Notes under the pieces: generated by a model
What the model saw: the letters and a program-made list of their open reading frames with translations, nothing else
Databases searched by the model: none
Told to the model about the DNA's origin: nothing
NCBI GenBank assembly: GCA_963666285.1
Contig: OY762711.1
Strand: one strand, 5' to 3'
Source: Sedimentisphaerales bacterium
Lineage (GTDB): Bacteria; Planctomycetota; Phycisphaerae; Sedimentisphaerales; SM23-30
DNA length: 64,000 bases
Translations under genes and position numbers: made by a program
Shown: positions 9,791 to 18,581 of the stretch, one piece after another
How positions within the stretch are numbered: the stretch's first letter is position 1
Layout: every line of letters begins with the position of its first letter

Positions 9791-11692
9791 ATGTATGATA
9801 TAATTAAATATTTTTTATTGTTTGTATTGACAGCTTTACCAGGAATTGCCGCTGCGCAATATCCGGGAACTTATACTGCCGACTCTGACACCTTGCATTT
9901 GTATCATTTTGATTCAGATGGAAGCGATTCGGTTGGTTCATTAAACCTGACAATTGCCGATGGTGCCTCACTTGAATCTTCAATAAACGGCTTTGGCAAT
10001 GCCGTAAACACCTATGACGGCACTACAGGTTCCAGCCCCTACGCTGGCGACACTGTCAATAAAACACTAATTTCCAATTTAGTCGGCTCTGATGGTGCTT
10101 TTACCTTTGAAGCTATTGTTAAACCAATGGTAAGTCAGAGCTCGATACCTAACCACATGGAAATTATTTCTCTGGAAGACAGCGACGGTAACAGTGAACG
10201 AGGGTTCCAGTTCCGCATCAATACCGATGGCACACTGAGATTTCAAACTCTTGCAGGAATTGTCACTAATTTCAATTCTGCTATCACATTTACCGCTGGA
10301 ACATGGTATCATGTGGCTGTAACATATAATGGCCAGGAAAACACCACCGATAACTTAAAACTATATTGGACGGAAATCGATGCCAACTCTACCGTTCAGC
10401 AAGTTGGTTCTTTCCAGCTTTCTGCAGACCTTACCTCAGATGTTGATGGTTATTTCGCTGTCGGCAACGAGCTGAGAGCAACCGGTGGTTATTCGGAAAA
10501 TTTTGAAGGAGTTATCGACGAGGTACGCATCAGCCAGGTTGCCCGTACTGAATCTGAATTGTTATATATCTTATATGAAGGCTTACCTTCTATAATTGAA
10601 CATCCGGAAAATATCAAATGCCAGGCAGGGCAAACTGCATCATTAGAATGTCGCTTTACCGCGGAAACACTGGGCCGGGCAAACTGGTATAAGTCAGATG
10701 ATACGGAAGACTTAATGCTTCAGAATACCGATACAAATATTTCCATCTCTCTGGATTATGATACTGACACTATGGAATATACCTCATCTCTGACTATAGA
10801 TAACTGTGAAATTTCAGATATGGGCAATTATTATCTTGCCGTCAGCAATGATTCCGACCAGGTAATATATTCAAATAAGGCAGCATTGACCGTTCAAGGC
10901 CTCTTTGCTCACTGGACTCTCGATCAAACTGATTTCACTGGCACATATTATACCGAATCCATTGCCGGTAAAAATGCTGAAGTTGAATCTGTACCGGCAT
11001 TTACAATTGGTGCGAATCAGGAATCCAACGGAGCAGTAGAAATAAATTCTACTGGCGGATGGGCTGTAGCAGATTCTGATAACTCAATCGTCCTGCCCAA
11101 TACTTTTACTATCTCTTTCTGGGCTAACTGGCAGGACCAGACCAACACCGGCGATGATTTGTATATTGATTCCGGCATCGGAAATAAAATATCTATTGCA
11201 AATGGTATTAAATCACAAACCTGGCAGCATATATGTACCGTATTTGAAGATAATACCTGCAAACTTTATATCGACGGGATTCTTACCGCCCAGTCCGAAT
11301 GGGACATCCCCCAGGAAATGACTGCCGAACTCTATATTGGCAGTGCTGAAATGGGAACCGAAATATTTAACGGCCAACTGGATGATATTCGAATATATAA
11401 TTATGCCATGAATGATACCGAAGTTGCTCAATTGAGATTTGATTTTGCCGCGTTGCGTTCCTGTATTAACTCATACAGCAGCAGCGTTGACTGGTCCGGC
11501 CCGCAAAATACCCCGGATTGCAAAATTGACATCTATGACTTAGATGCCTTTGCTGGTCAGTATCTGGGTACAAATGAATTATATGATATCTCAGGACCTG
11601 GCAGCCGGCCTGATGGAATAGTAAGCCTTTTTGATTTTGCTCAACTATCTTTTGCATGGCTGGATTGCGGATTATTCCCCAATTGCCTATAA
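9791..11692 (+). CDS. Secreted LamG-Ig-LamG protein with tandem dockerin-like C-terminal motifs
   Basis: Signal peptide; N-terminal LamG domain paralogous to that of 4809-7103 (SDTLHL.HFD, GAFTFEAIVKPMV, ERGFQFRIN, WYHVAVTYNGQENT, VGNELRA); C-terminal DCKIDIYDLDAFAGQYL and DGIVSLFDFAQLSFAWL. Confidence 0.85.
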   Translation: MYDIIKYFLLFVLTALPGIAAAQYPGTYTADSDTLHLYHFDSDGSDSVGSLNLTIADGASLESSINGFGNAVNTYDGTTGSSPYAGDTVNKTLISNLVGSDGAFTFEAIVKPMVSQSSIPNHMEIISLEDSDGNSERGFQFRINTDGTLRFQTLAGIVTNFNSAITFTAGTWYHVAVTYNGQENTTDNLKLYWTEIDANSTVQQVGSFQLSADLTSDVDGYFAVGNELRATGGYSENFEGVIDEVRISQVARTESELLYILYEGLPSIIEHPENIKCQAGQTASLECRFTAETLGRANWYKSDDTEDLMLQNTDTNISISLDYDTDTMEYTSSLTIDNCEISDMGNYYLAVSNDSDQVIYSNKAALTVQGLFAHWTLDQTDFTGTYYTESIAGKNAEVESVPAFTIGANQESNGAVEINSTGGWAVADSDNSIVLPNTFTISFWANWQDQTNTGDDLYIDSGIGNKISIANGIKSQTWQHICTVFEDNTCKLYIDGILTAQSEWDIPQEMTAELYIGSAEMGTEIFNGQLDDIRIYNYAMNDTEVAQLRFDFAALRSCINSYSSSVDWSGPQNTPDCKIDIYDLDAFAGQYLGTNELYDISGPGSRPDGIVSLFDFAQLSFAWLDCGLFPNCL

Positions 11693-11694
11693 TA

Positions 11695-11755
11695 CCTAAG
11701 TCAACTTCCGCAGTTTTTAAGTTGCATAAGTCGCCCAAAAGGGCCTTTCTGCAAA
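11695..11755. repeat. Dispersed short repeat family A (uninterrupted copy)
   Basis: AAGTCAACTTCCGCAGTTTTTAAGTTGCATAAGTCGCCCAAAAGGGCC; similar copies at 22428-22500, 18264-18470 (MITE-interrupted) and a partial copy near 9659-9685. Confidence 0.75.
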
Positions 11756-11786
11756 ACCGAACTCTAATTGAAAGGATTATATAATA

Positions 11787-13957
11787 GTGAAAATTTCTAC
11801 ATCTTTGATAATATGTCTGTTGATTACTATTACTGCCATCCAAAGCTCTCTATTTGCACTTCCCGCCCCTACCGGCTTGATGTGTGAGCTGCTGGCTAAC
11901 CCTGAAGTAACAACTATCGGCGATTCTGATCCTGAATTCTCATGGATTATGAATTCTAACCTGACCGGAGATTACCAAACCGCGTATCAGGTTATGGTCG
12001 CTTCAAGTACTGCTTTACTTGACCTGGATAATCCGGATTTATGGAATAGCGATAAGGTAGTTGATAATATTTCAATTAATGTTGCTTATAATGGAACCGA
12101 TTTATCTGCCCAAAGTACATACTTCTGGAAAGTGCGTATCTGGAACAATCTGGACCAGGTTTCTAGCTGGTCTGAAATACAGGAATTCCATACTGGCTCT
12201 GCCCTGTCTGACTACAATACCGCACGCTATAGCCAGGTCGGATCACAGATTGCTCCTGTAAGTGTAACTTCCATTGAAGAAGGAAGATACCTGGTTGATT
12301 TTGGCAAAGATGCCTTTGGCTATATCATATGGACAATTCCCAACCAGGCAATACGGATTGGAACTGAGACTGAAACAATATTAAAGGTTAAACCTTCACT
12401 ATCTGATTCTATATCTGATGGCTCCGTTCAATTTCATTTCGGTGAAAAACTGGAAGACGGCATAGTTGACCGTTCACCCGGTGGCACAATAAGGTACTAC
12501 CAGACATCTGTCTCTCTCGACGGATCTGAACAATACGAATCCACCCGCCTGGAACTACCACCGGTATCCAGATCCCCTCAGAATTTGGACGTATTGCACC
12601 TTTCCGCTACCTCGAAATTGTCGATTGTCCATACTCTGTTTCTGCCGCTGACATCCGCCAGGTTTCCGTACATTATCCTTTTGACGATAATGCCGCTTCT
12701 TTTTCATGCGACAATCAGTATTTAAATGATGTTTGGGAATTGTGTAAATACAGTATCAAACCTACCAGCTTCTGTGCGGTATATGTCGATGGTGACCGGG
12801 AACGCAAGCCTTATGAGGCTGATGCCTATATCAACCAGCTCTGTCATTATAGCGTTGACCGTGAATTCTCTCTGGCACGATATTCTCACGAATATCTGCT
12901 CTCTCATCCTACCTGGCCGACCGAGTGGAAACAACATTCTATCATGATGGCATGGGCCGATTATCTTTACACTGGCAACAGTGAATCATTGGCCCAGAAT
13001 TACGACACGCTCAAAGACAGTAAGCTTCTTTACCAATACGCCCGAACAGATGGCCTGTTAGACACTGACGGCCTTCAGGACATCGTTGACTGGCCTTCCG
13101 GCGAACGCGATGGCTATGTCTTCAAATCAGTCAATACGGTTGTTAACGCTTTTTATTATCACACTCTTATACTTATGCAGCAGATAGCTGAAACTCTTGG
13201 CAACACCACCGATGCCCAGCAGTTCGCTCAGGACGCAGAACTGGTATACCAGTCCTTCCAGACAGTACTTTTCAATTCTGATACCGGGTTATATACTGAT
13301 GGTGAAGGCACTACCCATTCGTCTCTTCATGCCAATATGTTCCCGCTCGCTTTCGGGCTGGTACCGGACGACAAGCTGGATACTGTTGCTGATTTTGTCA
13401 CATCCAAAGAAATGGCATGTAGTGTTTATGGTGCTCAATATCTGCTGGAAGCCCTGTTTTTAGCCGGCCGCGAACAGGCTGCCTTTGACCTAATGGCCTC
13501 TACTGGTTCGAGAAGCTGGACCAATATGATGCTCGAAGGGTCCACTATTACTTTGGAAGCATGGGGGATCGCCTATAAATCAAATTTAGACTGGAACCAT
13601 GCCTGGGGTGCTGCTCCGGCAAATATTATCCCTCGTTTTATTGCCGGCATACGCCCGCTGGAACCTGGTTTTGCACACGCTTTGATTCAGCCTCAACCTG
13701 CGTCACTCAACCAGTTCAGTACTCAAATACCTACAATACGTGGTGATATTACTTTATCTGTGACCAAACAGACTGACAATTGCTCTTTCCAAATCGTAAT
13801 ACCGGCTAATATGACTGCCAGGTTTGTAATTCCAGTAAACTGTGAAGGATATTCAATTATTTCACTCGATGGAACAACGGTCACCCCACAGCAAAATGGC
13901 TCGTTAAGATTCATTGATCCGATAGTATCCGGCACCCACACTATTATCTGCCAATAA
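11787..13957 (+). pseudogene. Alpha-L-rhamnosidase (GH78) interrupted by a single frameshift near 12535 (pseudogene or sequence error)
   Basis: N-half has PEFSW, QTAYQV, YFWKVRIW, LVDFGKDAFG. After ...GSEQY the homology continues in the frame of ORF 12740: RIHPPG...APFRYLEIV...YPFDDNAASFSC...LNDVWELCKYSIK..VDGDRERKPYEADAYINQL...TITLEAW...DWNHAWGAAP. Confidence 0.85.
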
Positions 13958-13987
13958 CATAGTATGCCGCTTTGCGACAATCATTCC

Positions 13988-14022
13988 CTAATACCTTTCA
14001 AACTGGCATCGATCAGTTTGAG
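13988..14022. repeat. Short hairpin repeat family C, copy 1
   Basis: CTAATACCTTTCAAACTG-ggcatcgat-type loop-CAGTTTGAG; the second copy at 23938-23973 has a different loop. Confidence 0.65.
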
Positions 14023-14034
14023 CTATTTAAAATG

Positions 14035-14076
14035 AAAATACCCTTTGCATCACACTTCGAATGCAAAGGGTATTTT
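14035..14076. terminator. Probable bidirectional intrinsic terminator between convergent genes
   Basis: Perfect 16-bp inverted repeat AAAATACCCTTTGCAT / ATGCAAAGGGTATTTT. Confidence 0.7.
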
Positions 14077-14188
14077 ACTAAAATGTCTGTTATTCGATAC
14101 CTAACCCCAAAACATATCTTTTGTATTATTTCGAGATTAGTTCTAGAGCACTCCTATTTAAGAGTGTCTCTGAAAATTACTTTTAATA

Positions 14189-15946
14189 TTAAAATTCAGT
14201 TGCAGAGCCGTTACTGCCGCCCATCTGCATTCCCATAAAGGATTGTGCAATTGACTTAACCGCGTCAACAAATGTCTCTACTGTTTCCATGCTCACATAA
14301 CATGTTTCACGAACATAGCCGTCTTCTAGCACAACCGCACTGGCTCCGTATCCTTTTACACTTGAACTTAGTGTTTCCATAACCGGACCCATCATTGCTG
14401 CCTGCATCGCCATCGCCGGATCCTGTTTGGCCATTTCCTGGGTCTGGGCATTCATAGCTGCTCCAACATAGTCAAACATATTACTGATATCAGCGATAAA
14501 ATAAATATTGGCTGAATCCGGCATCTTGCCTGCAACTTTCATAAATCCGTCATTACCTTTCAGTGTTTTTTCGCTTCTTGACAGTGTAATCGCCTCTGAA
14601 AGGGCTGCTTTGTCCATTGTCTGAACATACATACCTGATTTGCTTTGGCCAAAATACAGGTCAACTTCAGTCTTAAACACTTCACCGTTTCCGGTTGGAA
14701 GCGGCTGACCTATGGTATATTTCAAATTAGAATAGGTTACACCGTCAACTTTACCGGCTTCTGGTTCGAATGTATTAACCTCAAAGAAACTCTGAAACTT
14801 CTTGTCGGCAAAATTACTGATCATATCATCTACACTCTTCTTATCGAGCTCTGTTTTTGTCAGTGTCATAGCTGCAGCTTCTGGGGCTATTCCTTCTGTT
14901 GTTGTAATATATTCCCCCTGCACATGAGTACCGATCTTGTCTGAATACTTGTCAAACATTTCTGCTATAGTCACATTAATATCTGTCAAAAACTCATCTA
15001 AACCGTCAATTTTACCTTGGGTCGCCATAGCTACTATATTCAGGATAAAACTATACATGTCCTTCAATACCGCTGGATCAAGACTTACAGAAGTCATTGT
15101 CATTAGATTGCCGTCAGGCATAGCTGCCAGGTCATCAATTGATGTCTGCTTATATGGCTTCAAGGCATTCGATAACGAACCGCCAGGCATATAAAACATA
15201 TTTGCTGTTGTCTTAAATCCACCATCCTCAACATCAATTGCCAAAGACAGTTTATTGATCTCGGTTACGGAATTTATGATCTCCTGAATTTTTCCTACCA
15301 GCTCCGGCTGACTCTGCAATTCTGGAACACTTGCCAGCCCCAGTGGAACCATTGATTTTGCCATTATCATAACATTTGTCAGGTTGGCATATACCGATAT
15401 ATCTGAACTTGACATATCAGACGCTACTACATCAGGCACACTCATACCTGCTGAGCTTGCTGCCGCCATCTTAAGGTTAGCTTCGTTACTGGCTACCATC
15501 AGGTAGTTGCCTTTAGCGGTCATAAAGCCGTCATAATCGAATTTATACAACCCGCTTTCAAGCTTCTCGCTTCCGGAGGCTTCTATTACTGACTGAGGGT
15601 CATTTACCGGCAAATATACCAGTAATGCTTTCTCTCCTGCCATAAATGATGTCATGGCAAAACAGAATGGGCGTGATTTGTCCAGGGCTAATCCTTCTGA
15701 CAGGCCGATATCATCTGATAATTCTCCTACGATTGTGTCTATTGATACTTCCTCTGGCAGACCAAATTTCTGTACAATATCACCTAATTTAGAGTCCAGG
15801 TCAGATAATTTCCCGGAAACAACAACCAGTTCTGCTGTCGATGGCACCAGATTCAATACATCCGGACCCGCTCCGCAAACTGCAACACTTAAAACCATTA
15901 AAAGTGTTAAAGTTATTTTTGACAATAGTTTACACATAAACATCAT
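14189..15946 (-). CDS. Exported hypothetical protein
   Basis: 585 aa ORF with RBS AAGGAG and an N-terminal hydrophobic signal sequence. No motif recognised with confidence. Confidence 0.75.
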   Translation of the reverse strand: MMFMCKLLSKITLTLLMVLSVAVCGAGPDVLNLVPSTAELVVVSGKLSDLDSKLGDIVQKFGLPEEVSIDTIVGELSDDIGLSEGLALDKSRPFCFAMTSFMAGEKALLVYLPVNDPQSVIEASGSEKLESGLYKFDYDGFMTAKGNYLMVASNEANLKMAAASSAGMSVPDVVASDMSSSDISVYANLTNVMIMAKSMVPLGLASVPELQSQPELVGKIQEIINSVTEINKLSLAIDVEDGGFKTTANMFYMPGGSLSNALKPYKQTSIDDLAAMPDGNLMTMTSVSLDPAVLKDMYSFILNIVAMATQGKIDGLDEFLTDINVTIAEMFDKYSDKIGTHVQGEYITTTEGIAPEAAAMTLTKTELDKKSVDDMISNFADKKFQSFFEVNTFEPEAGKVDGVTYSNLKYTIGQPLPTGNGEVFKTEVDLYFGQSKSGMYVQTMDKAALSEAITLSRSEKTLKGNDGFMKVAGKMPDSANIYFIADISNMFDYVGAAMNAQTQEMAKQDPAMAMQAAMMGPVMETLSSSVKGYGASAVVLEDGYVRETCYVSMETVETFVDAVKSIAQSFMGMQMGGSNGSATEF

Positions 15947-16076
15947 ACATCTCCTTGATAAATTAAAAATACTATTGCTGCATGCACAATTGGATATTGT
16001 GCCTCAAATTATTATCCACATACACTTATACATCCGACCTGAATGACGGTTACAAAAAAAAATACTTATTATTATA

Positions 16077-17195
16077 TCACTTCATCCTTTCCAAGCCGGC
16101 TGCCAGCACCGACCTTGGACAGCCGAAATTCAGCCTGACATAACCTGGCATGTCAAATAATTTACCGTCTGACAAACCTACCCCTTTATCTTCAAACCAG
16201 CTGATAGGATTATCTGTCCCCAACTCTCTGCAGTCAATCCAGCAAAGATATGATGCCTCAGGATTTGTGCATTTCAAACCGGGAATCTTACGGATTTCCT
16301 CTACCGCAAAATCACGGTTCGCGGTCAGATATTCCAGTAGTTCCTCACGCCATGGTTCACAATACTTATACGCCGCATAAGCCGCCACATAACCCATTGT
16401 ATTAGGAAATGACGATATCTTTTCAACTATCGTACGATATTTTTGCCGCAGCTGCTGGTTTGATATTATCGCAAATCCTGTCATAAACCCTGCTATATTA
16501 AAGGTTTTCGATGCTGACATCATTGTTATCGTCCTGTCCTGAACCTCTTCATTCAAAGACGCTATCGGTATATGCTTGTTGCCGCCTAATACTATCTCAC
16601 AATGGATCTCATCACTTACTATCGGCAGATCATTCCTCAAACATATATCTGCCAACTTCTCCAGCTCAGCCCGGTTATATACCCTGCCGCTGGGATTATG
16701 GGGGTTACAGAACATCAGTAACGCAGTCTTATCGTTTACAGAATTCTCAAAACGGTCAAAATCTATTTCATAATATTCACTGTTATTAATCATCGGTACT
16801 GCACTTGACTTACAATAACATACCTCAGGAATCTCCAGAAATGGTGGGTATATCGGCGTAAACATCGATACTTCCTGACCCGGCAAACATAAACCCCTTA
16901 TTGCACATACAAGGCCTGATACCAGCCCGGCAGAAAATACTATCCAGTCTGGCTTGATCCGCCACTTATACAGATTCCACATTCGCTCCACTATCTGTTC
17001 TCGAAGCTTATCCTGAACTGTTGTATAGCCAAATATTTTATGTTCGATTCGGGCTTTGATGGCTTCGATAACTGGTTCCGGCAAAGCAAAATCCATATCT
17101 GCTACCCACATCGGAATTATATCTCGACCTTTATATTTGTCTATTTTTACTGCACCTGTTTCAGAACGATCTATTACTGTATCAAAATCAAACAT
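16077..17195 (-). CDS. patB: PLP-dependent C-S lyase (MalY/PatB cystathionine beta-lyase family)
   Basis: Motifs PMWVADMDF, FGY, FCNPHNPSGRV, SDEIHC, SASKTFNIAG, YLCWID and RLNFGCPRS. Confidence 0.9.
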   Translation of the reverse strand: MFDFDTVIDRSETGAVKIDKYKGRDIIPMWVADMDFALPEPVIEAIKARIEHKIFGYTTVQDKLREQIVERMWNLYKWRIKPDWIVFSAGLVSGLVCAIRGLCLPGQEVSMFTPIYPPFLEIPEVCYCKSSAVPMINNSEYYEIDFDRFENSVNDKTALLMFCNPHNPSGRVYNRAELEKLADICLRNDLPIVSDEIHCEIVLGGNKHIPIASLNEEVQDRTITMMSASKTFNIAGFMTGFAIISNQQLRQKYRTIVEKISSFPNTMGYVAAYAAYKYCEPWREELLEYLTANRDFAVEEIRKIPGLKCTNPEASYLCWIDCRELGTDNPISWFEDKGVGLSDGKLFDMPGYVRLNFGCPRSVLAAGLERMK

Positions 17196-17330
17196 TTTTT
17201 CTTTCTCTCTCGAACATCCTTAAATTAATACACTGGTTAAAAATATACGTTATTAGTAGTTATAGCATTTCCAATCATAAATTATCGAAAATTCCAGCCT
17301 GTCTCAGCATAAAGAGTTTTCCGATGGGTT

Positions 17331-18056
17331 CTAATTTCCAATAGTATCCATTTTCCATCTCCCGCCTGGCTCTGTCGCATAATATAACGTCAAATTTCGT
17401 ATATCTATTATATTAGACGATACCGTCACCAGGCCTCCGGACGCATCTGTCATCCAGATTCCCGGATCAGCTCCCATATCATTCGGCAGCAAAACCGCCT
17501 GCAATTCTTCTCTACTTGGGTGTTCAATACCTTTTAAACGCCCGGCCGCATAGTCATAACGCTCAAAGGTGCTCATATGACCGGTTTTATAGCCTTCCTT
17601 ATCTGCATATTCAACATCACAAAAATGGTTTGTTACCACCTTTACACTGCCGCAAGTGCTAACCTCAATATTTTCTCCATACATCTCTACCAGCATAGCA
17701 CCTTCACGATCCGCTAAAATCACGTTATAACCCTGCCACGGCCCTTTTTGCTTCAAGATTTCTATCCACTGTCCCAAACCGGTTACTTCCGGCAGTGTCT
17801 CGGTCAACATCAGACTCGGCAGCTTCAGCTCACCTTCTTTATATTTATCCCTGTCACCCGGCCAGAATTTTGACTGCACCATCGCAGTCACAAAACCGCA
17901 GCCATGCTTGTTCAGCCCCCAACTGTAATGCTTATCACCAACCGTCTTACAGGCCATTATATTACCATCATTTATTATCTCCTCGACTTCTGGAGCCGCC
18001 TTATCCCTGTTCTTAAACATTATTCCTGCTTTCCTGAGATATCCAATTGTACACAT
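17331..18056 (-). CDS. Ntn-hydrolase family protein (Cys-nucleophile type, C45/NRDE-like)
   Basis: N-terminal MCT, FKNRD, WGLNKHG, YNVILAD, VTNHF and STFERY. Confidence 0.7.
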   Translation of the reverse strand: MCTIGYLRKAGIMFKNRDKAAPEVEEIINDGNIMACKTVGDKHYSWGLNKHGCGFVTAMVQSKFWPGDRDKYKEGELKLPSLMLTETLPEVTGLGQWIEILKQKGPWQGYNVILADREGAMLVEMYGENIEVSTCGSVKVVTNHFCDVEYADKEGYKTGHMSTFERYDYAAGRLKGIEHPSREELQAVLLPNDMGADPGIWMTDASGGLVTVSSNIIDIRNLTLYYATEPGGRWKMDTIGN

Positions 18057-18285
18057 TTTTTATTCCTTCTTCGTTTTTCACTTAACTGGCCTGTTACGGC
18101 CTTTGCGAATAATGTTTACCTGTCAAAAAGTACACAAGCGTATTTGACAATTCTAACCGAAAAACAGATGGTTAGTAAAGAAAGAAACTCTTTCTGCAAT
18201 TTCAATCTCTGCAAAAAAATATCTCCTGGAAATAATAACAACTTTTTTTTAGAACTTCCCCTCAAGTTAACATTCGCAGTTTTTA

Positions 18286-18440
18286 GAGCACTTTAATATT
18301 TTCTGTTCCGATTTATGCCTCTGTGAGAACGAGGCTGACAAAGAAGAAAACAAAGTAATATTCATATATTGCTAGTATTTCTGATGAAGTCAGCCGAAAC
18401 CACAGCAAGCAAAAAACGAACATAAAATATTAAATTGCTC
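18286..18440. mobile_element. 155-bp MITE-like insertion with ~23-bp terminal inverted repeats and a TA target duplication, inside a family-A repeat
   Basis: Left end TA|GAGCACTTTAATATTTTCTGTTC, right end GAACATAAAATATTAAATTGCTC|TA (two mismatches). The empty site CAGTTTTTAAGTTGC is seen at 22441 and ~11711. Confidence 0.8.
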
Positions 18441-18489
18441 TAAGTTGCAATAATCGCCTAAAAGGGCCCTCCCTACACACTATTTACAC

Positions 18490-18520
18490 AAAAAAGGCCC
18501 GGAGCAAAAGCCCCAGGCCT
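18490..18520 (-). terminator. Intrinsic terminator of the 18582-20717 gene
   Basis: Minus strand AGGCCTGGGGC-TTTT-GCTCCGGGCCT followed by a T-run. Confidence 0.75.
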
Positions 18521-18581
18521 AATCCTTTAATTACATACATGCCGCAGTATAAGTGCTATACTGCAAAACATTCAACAACCA

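Noticed and set aside
12726..12947. Separate small genes around the GH78 break, or two independent GH78 genes
   Set aside because: Continuous GH78 homology across a single frameshift explains the region.
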